A stretch of DNA of 63,994 nucleotides, filler included, from Basidiobolus ranarum (taxonomy: Eukaryota): NCBI GenBank assembly GCA_040143965.1. It is 3 parts of 3 records of this genome, joined end to end, with 100 filler letters (N's around TTAATTAATTAA, not from the genome) between each part and the next. Parts side by side here need not be neighbours in the genome. Positions count along the whole stretch, not along the records: positions 1 to 22,448 come from JASJQH010007061.1; positions 22,549 to 44,983 come from JASJQH010007062.1; 1 more part is not named here. One strand, given 5' to 3'. The stretch's first letter is position 1. The number at the start of each line of letters is the position of its first letter. The notes under the pieces were generated by a model. It ran no database searches. It saw nothing but the letters and a program-made list of their open reading frames with translations, and was not told where the DNA came from. Of the stretch, positions 14,875 to 25,914 are shown piece after piece. The position numbers were made by a program, and so were the translations under genes.

Positions 14875-17188
14875 TTAAATCAAATCATCTTCAAAAAATG
14901 ATTCTTCGATACCGTCCAGTAGACAATCTAGATCTTCTTCAATCACCGGTTGAGTGCTCGAGAATAAACTTTGAGAAGCAAATGCAGGTGGCGACTGTTC
15001 AGCGTTCGATGAACTATTGGAATCCTTCGGCAGTGGTCTTCCCGCACTTGTACCAGACATCGGATTGGGTAGAGATTTGTCAGGGCTAGATGGTAGATTC
15101 TTACTAAACAATCGATCAGTGAATAACTGTTTCTTTGGTCCAGGTAACTTGGGCTCATCTAGCATGTTAGAGGCTTCTATCAACTCCGAACTCTTTCGTT
15201 TGAGAAAAAGAGGAATATCACCATTAGAGGGGCTGAGCCTTGGATCAGATATAGATTTGGCCTGGGTAGATGATGAAATTAGGCTCTGCTGATCATCTAC
15301 ACTGAAAGACTCGGTCTGATGGAAGAGTGAGTCAGAGAAATCCGATTTCGACTTTTCTCTTAAAGGTGAATAACTAGGATCGTTTGGTTGGCAACTAGAC
15401 TGAGTCGCGGAGGGAGATAGAACTTCTTCTCGAGTGGATGGGAACAAATGGAGTATGTTTTGTGGTGTGACATTGAGATAGTGTGAATGTAGACTAGGAC
15501 TAAATACAGACACCTAGTAACGAACATGTAAGTATCTCGCATGGCAATGTAGTGAAAGAAACTCAATTTACCTGTTGAAGCACCAGTACAGTACCCGTGG
15601 AGATATCGTCTGGATACATCTCGACAACTTTTCGATGAATAGTACCACTGATCTCACCGGTTGGGTCAACAAAGGTTACGCCTACATTGATTTCATTCGA
15701 CCTGGTTTCTTTTATCATCAATATAACGTATGGGATCTTTTTCTGAAAACCATGATCCAGGATGTACTGAATATTGTAGCTGAGAAAGGGTGAAGCATTT
15801 TTCACGAATGGGACTGTGGATGGTGTGTACTTGGGCAGGTTCAAAGTCAACAGCATCTTAGACCAAGCTCCTGACACAAAGTCATCTTCCTGGAATGACG
15901 GGACACCATTGCGCGAAGGGGTTTTAGGTGAACTCAGTATGTTCGATCCAGGGGCATCCTGGTGTATCGGTTTCGTCTTCGGATCGAACGAACCCATAGC
16001 GAGCATATCTCCAGCAGGTCCAGGTAATCTACGTATTCTAGACTTAATCTTTCCAGTGCTACTGTTCTTTCGGTTGGTATGTGAAGTCAATGTAGCAGTA
16101 TCATTTCGGATATTTTGGCGAGGCTCAGAAAATGACTTGGAAAGCGTCTGATTTGTTGGAGTTTGTAAACGGCTAACGTTTAACGATGCTAAAAAGCTCC
16201 CTTTGGGCTTTGATGGAGTTTGTGGATCCACATGCTCCTGTCCATGTTTACTAGAGGGTTCAGAGACTAGTCGACTTGAATCTTTGCTCCGATGATTATT
16301 GAACGATTGAGCAATCAATTTATCGTTTGCTTGTTTTTGAACGGGGACTGACTCCGCAAGATCTCGATGAGGCTTCAAAGGCGCACTAGGTTTCGGTGAG
16401 CCTTCGGAATTCTTAGTCGATGTACTGCATATACTATTGAGTGGATTCTTAGAAGGATCACTGTGATTGTTCTTAGGTTTCTTATACAAAAATTTTTGAA
16501 GTGTTTGACTGCCAGACAGAGTTGGAGTTTGAGCATGGTTAGAAGTATGAAGTTGTGGTGAGGCTGATATAATACGTTCATCCGATGTATCTACCATGGG
16601 CTTATTATTCTTAATATGATTGGAAGGTTTGTCGTTATTAGGACCATTTTTCGTCACGGGAAGAGGACTTTCAGTAACAGGAGCGATATTAGCCTCTGAA
16701 TTATTGGTGACCATTTGAACTTTGGATTTCGAAGAGTATCCAGTGCCAGTGCGAAGAAATTTGGGAGATGACGTTGATCTCATAGGAGTCGAAACCTTTT
16801 CAATTTCCAATACATCTTCTGGAACTTTTATTTGCGACTGTTGGGATTGTTGTTCCTCAATTTCATCCAGTAAATCCAAAAGATCTTGATCAGCTTCCAT
16901 AACTTCAAAATCATCTTGAAATGGTTGGTTCGGTTTAGTTACAGAACCACTAGAAGGTTTATTATTGACTTTCTGTAAAATAACGTGGACAAGTTTAAGT
17001 TGATAAGTCATTTTAAAAATGAATTTATCTGATAACTAACCTCGCCAGTACCGAGAGTAGGTGGGGGAGTGACATGTTGACCTTCACGTAATTTGGAGAG
17101 AGCTGCCTGCAGGTTCTAAAGTTTAGAGGGAATGAGTTTAAGATAAATTAAATAACTAAACTGGTTTCTTGTCTACAACCTTGAACAT
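14875..17188 (-). CDS. HROB/MCM8IP (C17orf53, DUF4539)-like OB-fold protein
   Basis: RRLPGPAG, DFVSGAW, KIPYVILMIK, VDPTGEISGTIHRKV, TGTVLVLQQ|VSVFSPS and HYLNVTPQNI, flanked by long disordered regions. The 5' exons (ATG 17188) are inferred. Confidence 0.8.
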
Positions 17189-17529
17189 ATCGAACAGTAT
17201 ACACTGAACAAAGGCAAACAAACTCGTTCAAGCTTTACGAAAGAGAAAACCAAATATATGCCCAAAGAGTAAACAATACCAGAAATATATACACATTTAA
17301 TTTGTGATCTACATTTCCATATTTTGAGGTTTATCTATATTCTTCTAATAAACGAAATTGCGGTTGATCGCCTAAACATCGAACTTTAACCTGAGTCTAT
17401 CTATCAAAAATCAGGTTTCGTAAATTATCATTGGACTTAATCGCTTGGATAGGTATCTTGATAGCAATAAAAGTTTACTAGAACAAAAGAAAATAATGTT
17501 GATTTCCAATAATCTAATCAAACAACCAG

Positions 17530-17601
17530 GGCTCAATGGTCTAGTCGTATGATTCCTCGTTCGGGTCGTGGAGGTCCCGGGTTCAATTCCCGGTTGAGCC
17601 C
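17530..17601 (+). tRNA. tRNA-Pro(CGG), identical to the 6876-6947 copy
   Basis: Same cloverleaf as 6876-6947, with a T5 terminator at ~17606. Confidence 0.9.
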
Positions 17602-17783
17602 TCACTTTTTGCATCATTATAATCACGACTCTATCTCAATATTAGTATATCTCTCCACTAATGATTGATCTTACCATCTGTATTTCCTGCCAAAATATCT
17701 TTTGTTACTAAGAAATTGCACAACTTCCCATCCTTGACATCTGGTAGTATAAAATAGCAGCTAGAGTAACGGATGAACAAATT

Positions 17784-17956
17784 GGATCATGTGCACATGC
17801 CACGGTGATTAGGTATCTTACGGCCAAGTCACTGCCATGACAGCTATTTTAGTTGTCTTAAGTGCTCTAGATGGAAAGTCAACAATTAGGAACCAACTAC
17901 CAGTAACCATTTGTTTGGTCTGTGGGAAATTGTGCCGATGCGTTGACCATATCTCC
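17784..17956 (+). ncRNA. Putative structured ncRNA of unknown family, copy 3
   Basis: TATAAAA at ~17748. 5'/3' end pairing GGAtcATGTG/CATATcTCC, several internal stems, then CTTCTTTT. Lies 180 nt downstream of tRNA-Pro on the same strand. Confidence 0.55.
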
Positions 17957-18248
17957 ACTTCTTTTATTCTAAAACACATTGGAATTTTTACTATTAAATA
18001 ATAACATTGAAATATACAATATTGCTCTGAAACAACCACACATAATGTTTCTATCTATCCAACATAACGGAATCATGAAGATAAATATAACAAGAGCCTA
18101 TGATTACTGGTATTGCTTTATTATATTCTTGGTTAGTGAAATTAAAACTTCCATAGGACAGTTGAAAAAATTCTATAATTCTAATGATATCCGTTGCGTC
18201 AAGAAACCAATCAAAATAAGCCCCTCCTGATCATTAGGTGGGCATAAT

Positions 18249-21200
18249 TTAATTGAAATGATTCATTACTTCATCTAAATAGATCTTGGTTGTTACGTTG
18301 AAATCAGAAGCTAAGTTGATTGAAGGGTTAGAAGTAAGCAAAACAAACATTTACAAAGGGATATTTACCTTCTGTACAGGCATTGATGCTGCGTAAAATT
18401 CTGTCATTCAACTTTCCAAGGTAATATAAAAGTTCGATTGTTAACCGTTGCAGATCCTCGGGAAGTGAGTTAAAGGGGCCAAAGATAGGACCTAACGAGA
18501 AACAGGAAGTTAGCGAACTAGCGAATATGAAGATCAGTTTACACAACTTACCTTTGTTGGGAACAGTCACGTGGAAGAATGGAACCAAATTTAGCTGTAG
18601 AGAGTTGTGGAATGAACTGTCAAATAGATTGGATTTGTCTTGATTGATGAGATCCCGTAAAGCTCTTAATATTACCTGTCATAACATTTTGGGTAAGTTC
18701 AATAGCATATCCATAGGTTTTTTCAGAGCACACTTACTCGGCTTGTATTAGGTGAATTGCTTCTTAATGCCCATAACGTTTTAGGCAAGCTAAGGATCCA
18801 AACCTTCACAGCACTGGTAAGACCGGCCGATTCACCAACTATAAAGGATCCAGCATATTGAGGATGATTTTGGATCTTAAGAAGTATGTGAATACGAGAG
18901 CTTGATCATATTTTCATGTTCCTCTAGCTTACCGTAAGGATTCTCGTCAAAAACTCTAGAGCGAGTTTTTTGGTGATAGAATTAATATGCGAACGATTGC
19001 CGTAACTCATCAACGCCTAAAAATCAAGTCAGTAAGGTACTAAGCACCAACGATATTTTTGGAGTGTAAACTACCTTGAAAAGGATTTCTTGACGCTCAG
19101 TTTCCAAACTATTCAAAAATGTCCAGATAGATGGCATGAGAGCGATGAAGTGCTCCGGTTTGAAATCGGTGGTTTGAGTAGTCATGTTGGTTTCAACTTT
19201 CTCAAGCTATATTACTCAAGTTAGAAAGAAATGGAATAAGAAGGAAGTTTGTATTAAAGACAAACCTCCTCGCCCAAAGCAGAAAGAATATGCTGGTAAA
19301 CGCGGTCGGCCCACTTCGGGAAGATAGAGTTCTTTTCATCGTGAGAATTGAGGGAAATGAGAAATAGTGAAGTCAGCTCACAAAAAGCGGAATTCATATC
19401 CTGAAGGACAGATTCCACTTTAGCATCACGAATACCAAGTGCGTCATTACCAAAGGGGAAGTGTATCATGAAATGCTTGAGGAGCAGTTGAAGGTGCTCT
19501 TCTATCCACTTCTTCTTCACTTTACGGATTGTATTTCCACTCATGCCAGTTCGCCACAACACTCGCATCAACTTTAGCACTAGGTATACTGCTTCCAAAG
19601 ATGGTGTCATACTAACTGACCCAGTGGCAGTGAAAACGTTGGGTGAAGCTTCTAGCCATGTAGAGAGTAAGAATGGATTCAGGATTTCCAACATCTACTT
19701 GATCATAAAGAACATTAACTGGTGCTTAGCCGGAGAAAAACTAAAAGATTCAAAAATATACCTGAATGCTTTCTACTTCAACATCATCAGTGTCATGACT
19801 AATTCCTCCAACCGTTTGTCCCTCAGACTTGTTAAGAGTGCTCTTGTTGCTTGTATCGAATAAGTTCAAATGAGAATAAGAGGGCATAGTAGTATATTGC
19901 TCAGCATGAGGGAAAACCGTAATCGAGTTCTACATAATAGCTAGAGATGAGAAGTCCAGTCGCATGTTGAAAGGCTAAGCTAGTTCAACCTACCTTAGAA
20001 TCAGGCTTCCATGACACAGTGTTGGATTCAGTATCCATCATGGAAGCATTCTTAGAGCCTCCAACATAGTCAGATAAAAACCAAAACCTGTGGAGAAATT
20101 TAACATCGTTTCCAACCCTAAGTGGCATGTGAACAAACTTACGCGTCGCGTGAGGAATCATGGTACTTCAGCTTGATTTCCAAGAATTTATACAGACTGT
20201 TCATGGTGCTAATCTTGGACTATGATATGATAAGGGTTAGCATTGGCTAGACCTAATGGTGAGCTAGTAAAAATCCTTACGCCAGCATAACCTAGCTGAC
20301 TACGGCTACTAGACAAGGCAAATGCGCTGGCTATATTGCACAACAGTTAGTGCAGTTAGATAACATAGACTGAATAGCAGTTAAGTACCAGTAGTGATCT
20401 TTGTTGTGTTTGCAGTGGTTGAATCCACATTAAGTAAACTGATATAATTGGGGATGATCTAAAGCAAGCATCAGTGGCAGAGTACAGGTTGATTCTTGAC
20501 ATTGCATATCTTACCTTTTCCGAATATTTGATAACAGTTTGTGGCGAGATGTCAATCCAAAGATTTAAAAACTTGAGTGCATCAGTCCGAATATCTTCAT
20601 GTATATGAGTCATAGCCGAGCAAGTATATACAATAAGGAGGGGCAGGAAAGGATGAAGATCTGATTGATCGAGTTGTGGAAGAAACTCTGAAAAAAAGGT
20701 GTGCACTCCTTTGCGAACAGCTTCGTCCTAAGCAAATAAAGTCAGCTAAATATTCATATCGATAATCATGGGAGAAAACTAACATCGTCGACAAGCAGTC
20801 TGGTCATAGTGTTGATTAATGTTCCGAGAGAGCCACGAAGAACGTGTGGATGTCTGTTGAGGAGATCTTGGGTTCCGTGGATTGCATCTAATTTTTACCC
20901 ATTAATTTCTGCTGAATTATGGTCAAACACAGAATTTCGTTGGCTCCATACCTTTACGAACCGCAGAGCTGTAATGCTTCAATTGAGGGATGAGTTCATT
21001 GAGGGACTGATTTCTAACGTTTGTTAATTCGTTTGTTTTATCGAGTGCAATGCTCTGGTTCGGCAAAGAAACGGCTAATATTACAAAATAAATTAAGCTT
21101 ATGGACGGGATTCAATCTCGAAGGTAGAGCTACTGGTACCTCTGGATTTGAAACTCGTATCGGTGAAATTATCCGCTTGAACCTTTTTCTTTCCTACTTT

Positions 21201-21325
21201 CAACTTGGTTTTCTATGTTCGTGGGTGAAAAGGGTCAGTATACATGACTACCAGGCTATGTTCATGGTACATACTTGAAAATCCACATTCTTCTGCTTCT
21301 TTTTACGGCTACTTGTTTTGGGCAT
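18249..21325 (-). CDS. IPI1: Pre-rRNA processing protein Ipi1/TEX10 (Rix1 complex), multi-exon
   Basis: VDFQ|KTKLKVGRKK, NFTDTSFKSR, QLKHYSSAVRK, CSAMTHIHEDIRTDALKFL, FGPFNSLPEDLQR. Confidence 0.88.
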
Positions 21326-21822
21326 TTTGGTTAATAATGTATCTCTCTAAAATTACGAAACCAAATCACCGCTTCAAATTTCGATGTAGTGATTTTGTGA
21401 TTTGATGATTTTGTGTGGACTATCATTTGGTACGAAAAAGAAAAAAAAAATCCTTTTTTATCCAGATTCTGATAGGCTTTACATATTTCTCAACTACCCG
21501 ATCCGATCTTACATGGATTATGGTTTACTATACGCATATTTACTCCAACTGTGCTTAGTCTAATATCACTTGGTTCGAAGCTGGAAGATGAATATGATAC
21601 GTATTCAAATATACAAGTAGCTGTACACTTAAACTTGAAGGTGCCGAGTTCTCTAAGTTAATCCCTTCTTAACCCAGTTTGTAGGTCAAAAGTTCTGAGC
21701 ATAATCGTACCATATGTTGTGTATATTTCTTCCAATGTTATAGTCACTTTAGTAAATCAATATATAGCTCTAACTTACAGTAACCTAATTACTTAGTACT
21801 CCTCTTAATCAACTTACAATCT

Positions 21823-22260
21823 CTCTAAAGTATTCTGGGAGCCTGTCGGAAGTGGTTTGGTGAAATAGAGGAGTTGGTGCTCTTCACTTGTTGATTAATT
21901 GAGTTGAAAGTTGACATTTATAGTTTTGTCAAGATGTAAGCAAACTAACATGTAGAATATGCTTAAAAAGATTCCAGGAACATGTGTGCTAAGTCTCGGG
22001 CTTCTAGTACAAGTTTGAAAAAACTATATCTCAGAGAACTTCTAAGTTGATAAAAATATTTTGAGTAAATTCCTATTGAAAACAATAAGTAATATCTCAG
22101 TGAAGTATAAGATAACTAGGTACTAAGCTAAATACAACTATATAGATGATTAGGCAATGCTAATTTCAACACCCTCCCTCAACTAAATAGTCATATAAAC
22201 TAATCCTGATAAAGGTCTAAATTTCTGAAATTTCTGTCTAGCTACTGGTTTGGTTAATAT
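21823..22260 (-). mobile_element. Ty1/copia 3' end: RNase H C-terminus, polypurine tract and 3' LTR (~21823-22171)
   Basis: Minus strand reads ILTKPVARQKFQKFRPLSGL (copia RNase H end), then PPT GAGGGAGGG immediately followed by TGTTGAAATTAGC and a ~350-bp LTR. Confidence 0.85.
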
Positions 22261-22448
22261 TGTTAAAGTATTTGGGAGCCTGTTGGAAGTGGTTTGGAGA
22301 ATTAGAGGAATTGGTGGTTTTCACTTGTTGATTTACTGAGTAGAAAGTTGACATTTATAGTTTTGTCAAGATGTAAACAAAACTAACATGTATAATATGT
22401 TAAGGAAGGTCCCAGGAACATGTGTGCAAAGTTTGGGGCTTCTAGCAA
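22261..22448 (-). mobile_element. Second LTR copy (3' half) abutting the RNase H remnant, truncated by a gap
   Basis: Direct repeat of 21823-22010 with substitutions, terminating ...TTTAACA on the minus strand. Confidence 0.85.
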
Positions 22449-22548
22449 NNNNNNNNNNNNNNNNNNNNNNNNNNNNNNNNNNNNNNNNNNNNTTAATTAA
22501 TTAANNNNNNNNNNNNNNNNNNNNNNNNNNNNNNNNNNNNNNNNNNNN
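22449..22548. other. Assembly gap with artificial TTAATTAATTAA six-frame-stop linker
   Basis: N-run, TTAATTAATTAA, N-run; the same construct occurs at 44984-45083. Confidence 0.95.
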
Positions 22549-22550
22549 GT

Positions 22551-22835
22551 GGCTCAGGTGGTGAATATGGAGGTAACGGCGGTGGAAGTGGCGGAAAATA
22601 CGGTGGTGGTGGTGGATCAGGCGGTGACTATGGAGGTAATGGTGGTGGAAGTGGCGGAAAATACAGTGGTGGCGGTGGTGGATCAGGTGGCGACTATGGA
22701 GGTAATGGTGGTGGATCAGGTAGTGATTACGGAGGCAACGGCGGTGGAAGCGGCGGAAAATACGGTGGTGGTGGATCAGGCGGCGACTATAGAGGCAATG
22801 GTGGTGGAAGCGGTGGATCAGCCTATAAATACTAG
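22551..22835 (+). CDS. C-terminal fragment of a Gly/Tyr-rich repetitive protein; 5' part lies in the gap
   Basis: A frame missing from the ORF track reads GSGGEY-GGNGGGSGGKY-GGGGGSGGDY-GGNGGGSGGKY...GGSAYKY*. Synonymous third-position variation favours this frame; an AT-rich 3' UTR follows. Confidence 0.75.
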   Translation, partial: GSGGEYGGNGGGSGGKYGGGGGSGGDYGGNGGGSGGKYSGGGGGSGGDYGGNGGGSGSDYGGNGGGSGGKYGGGGSGGDYRGNGGGSGGSAYKY

Positions 22836-23459
22836 GTATAACATCATAAAAATGAAGAAACTTTATGGTTTTTGTATACATATACACAAATACCTTTCTA
22901 AATATATATCAATTGGGGAAATAAAATTGAATTAGATCATTTATCAGAATATGCATATTAGGCCAAGTATATGACTAGTGATAAGCAGTGTTCCTTCCCA
23001 ATCACTCGATCCGTCAAGAAGGATAAAGTGCTTATGATTATGGTTATGGTTACAACTTTTACTCTCAGGTGATTGTGATACTTTATAATGTGAACCTGTA
23101 CTCTTTTAACTCATTGCTCACTATTATTTTCTTTCCCTCCACGTGATGATCACCTAGACTCACTGATTTGTTGTAGTACTGATTAAACCGATACTAAAAT
23201 AGAGAAATAGCTTCCATATGTTGGAATGGTTTTCGGGAGAGAAAGCAAATGTTAAATATAAATACTGATATTCAATCGAATGTGTAGTGGTAATCTGATT
23301 CAACAATTTGACCCTATATTTACAATGCTCTATGAATCCTAGGTATACACAACGTTAACACCAATAAACGGTCAACTTTGGATCTGACATTAGTAGTAAT
23401 CTGCTTGATCAGAAATATTCTTTAGTCAACTATATTTTGAATCATGTAGCCACATGACT

Positions 23460-23651
23460 CTAAGCACACCTATCACGGCAAGAGTTTCCATGACTGATGC
23501 ATCCTAAGTTGCAGGTGTATTGGCCCCTTTGGCATCTGGATAGGCAGGCAGTTGTATCTCTGGAGCATGCATCCTTACATGGATTCCGTGCCTCCACAGC
23601 AATTGCTACGGTAATAACAGCTAAGATCAAGCGGAGAGGAGAGAACTTCAT
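23460..23651 (-). CDS. Small secreted cysteine-rich peptide (63 aa, 8 Cys)
   Basis: Signal-peptide-like MKFSPLRLILAVITVAIAVEA, regular CX3C-X6 spacing, and TATATAAA ~45 nt upstream. Confidence 0.8.
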   Translation of the reverse strand: MKFSPLRLILAVITVAIAVEARNPCKDACSRDTTACLSRCQRGQYTCNLGCISHGNSCRDRCA

Positions 23652-23898
23652 GATAGTAGTCGAATGGAATAACTAGGAAAAAACCGCCAGTTTATATATT
23701 CCCTTTGGTACTACCCTGGACCACACACAAAAATTATGGTTTTCCGGAAGTTTATGCTTACCAGAATAAGTGTAACTCCATAATGCAATCGAGAGAGGGC
23801 AACTTTAAGAATCTATACCTCAGGTAGTGTTACATTTATGCTACGTAGATAATAAATACCACTGCCCATTCCTCAATGATATTGTGCTACATATACAA

Positions 23899-24166
23899 CT
23901 TAGTTGCTTACCCATTTGTCTAATCAGGAATTTACTTGGAAGTTTGAAGATATATAGATTTTGATGACTTGTGCTAGAAGCCCCAAACCTTGTACATATG
24001 TTCCTAGGATTTTCCTTAACACATTCTACATAGTTGTCTGTTTATATCCTGACAAAACTATAAATGTTAACTGAATACTCATTAAATCAATATGTGAAAA
24101 CCAACAATTCTTCTAGTTCTCCAAACCACTTTTAACAAACTCTTAAAAACCCAAAATACTTCAACA
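23899..24166 (+). mobile_element. Degenerate LTR of the same copia family
   Basis: Reverse-complement match to 21823-22120, ending ...AATACTTCAACA. Confidence 0.8.
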
Positions 24167-24636
24167 GCTTGCACTGTTTAAGCCAGCAGATTTGGAGCCA
24201 CTCTAGGCTAAGTGTAGTCTCAAGAATATCAATGGCTTACTATTTCTGATAGAGAATCCTTGCTTTGTAGCTAACCATTTCACAAATGTCCGGTTTCTTT
24301 CATTACTTCAAAGAATCCTATTCATTGCGAGTGCCATAAAATGTAAGACAATTGAATGAAGTGTTCTAAATATCTCTACCTAGTCACTCACATTTGGCAA
24401 AAATGTGCACCACCTGCGAATCTTTACATATTTACGTTCGAGCGAATTCGTAATCTGATTGGTGAGTAGTCATTTCCAAATGTTTCACTTGAAATCACTG
24501 ATGTTTGTGATTCACGGTCTGGGCTATTGCCGCAGCTTGTTTTTACCCAGCATAATGCAAAGAGGCAATCTGGAGAGTGAAATATAAAGCATCCCTTGGG
24601 TCATCATTTAGTCAACATTCATTATATTTTATAGTT

Positions 24637-24987
24637 ATGCTTGATCACGTCGGAATATTAGTCAAGAACCTTGCTCAGAGTAAAGAGTTCTATGCACAAG
24701 TGCTTCAGCCCCTAGGTCATAAAGTGGAGTTGGAATTTCCTCAAGCTGTATGTTTTGGGAAGAACGCCATATTTACTATTGCTGAGGGCAGCTCTTCAAA
24801 TATCCATGTTGCTTTCCGAGCCAATTCCCGCGAAGAGGTGAACCTTTTTTACGAAACAGCCTTGAAAAATGGTGCCAAGGATAATGGAGCCCCTGGTATT
24901 AGAAGCCAATATGCTGATAACTATTATGCAGCTTTTGTTTACGATTTGGATGGAAATAATTTGGAGGCGGTCTATCATGAGTCCTAA
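24637..24987 (+). CDS. VOC/glyoxalase-bleomycin resistance family protein, copy A (intronless)
   Basis: MLDHVGILV...SKEFY, HVAFRANSREEV, KDNGAPG.R..Y...YYAAFVYDLDGNNLEAV, with TATAAA upstream. Confidence 0.92.
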   Translation: MLDHVGILVKNLAQSKEFYAQVLQPLGHKVELEFPQAVCFGKNAIFTIAEGSSSNIHVAFRANSREEVNLFYETALKNGAKDNGAPGIRSQYADNYYAAFVYDLDGNNLEAVYHES

Positions 24988-25914
24988 TGGCATCCATCAA
25001 ATAAATCCTTTATCTATCGAACGCCACTGAACTGGGCGTATGCAAGTTATTGTTTTCACTTTATATTAGAAGTAGTTGTCTCTTGAAAGGATATCTAATG
25101 ATAGATGGGTTGATTGTTTAGGGATAATGAGTGGTGAGTAACATCGATATAGGCTAGTATATGTGCATTCGTTAGTAGATTTACTTCGGGCCATTTGAAT
25201 CAGCTCACAACTCAGTGTGGTCAAAGATATAGGAAAGCAAATAATAGGAGGATTGTAGTTCAGTTGTCAATAAAGCTGGGTAAAGTAGGTGGTGTTGCTT
25301 AGTATGTGATTTTCTAAAGAAATATCAATTTCAAAGGTTATATTTCAGTTAGAAATTTGAATACATGTAAAAAAAATAAGCCTTAGCAAATATATGTATA
25401 TATGTGCAAAATAGGTGCTACGTCTACGGGCTGAAAACACCCCATATATTTACCAAAAAAATTGAAGGTGGGAACTTATACACTCTATAGAGCAAGGATC
25501 ATACCCCCTACTTTATGTTACTTGGAAGGATCATCGCAGTGGACATCAACCTACAATAATTAAAAGTTAAATTTGTGCTTTGGCGTCATCAAATGAAACC
25601 GTGGCAGTATTCCAACAGTATTCAGTGCCAATTGAATTTCAAGTATGCCATGAGTATATATAATATATATAACCAAGCCACCAGAAATAACAAGCAGTAT
25701 TGTATTGCGGTTGTGTTTCAGTGAATTGATTAGTTGATACGCATTTCTGAATGGTTCACATCGAATCACTACTCTGATGTGATCTGTATCCACGGTTTGA
25801 GATGCTGCCATAGCTTTCTTTTACCCGGAATAATGTGAAGAGGCCATCCGGAGAGTGAAATATAAAGCATCGCTTGGCTCACCGTTTGGTCTGCATTCAT
25901 TATATTCCCTAATC

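Noticed and set aside
17784-17956. Identification of the element as 5S rRNA, U1-U6, U3, SRP, Y RNA, tRNA-Sec, hammerhead ribozyme or TPP riboswitch
   Set aside because: Only short scattered word matches (TACGGCCA, GGATCAT, TTGACCA). Diagnostic motifs and spacing are absent by eye; an Rfam search is still needed.
22493-22504. TTAATTAATTAA palindrome inside N-runs (also at 45028-45039)
   Set aside because: Artificial contig linker, so adjacency across these gaps is not guaranteed.
22501-22935. His-rich minus-strand ORF and Val-rich plus-strand ORF
   Set aside because: Shadow frames of the Gly/Tyr repeat coding sequence.
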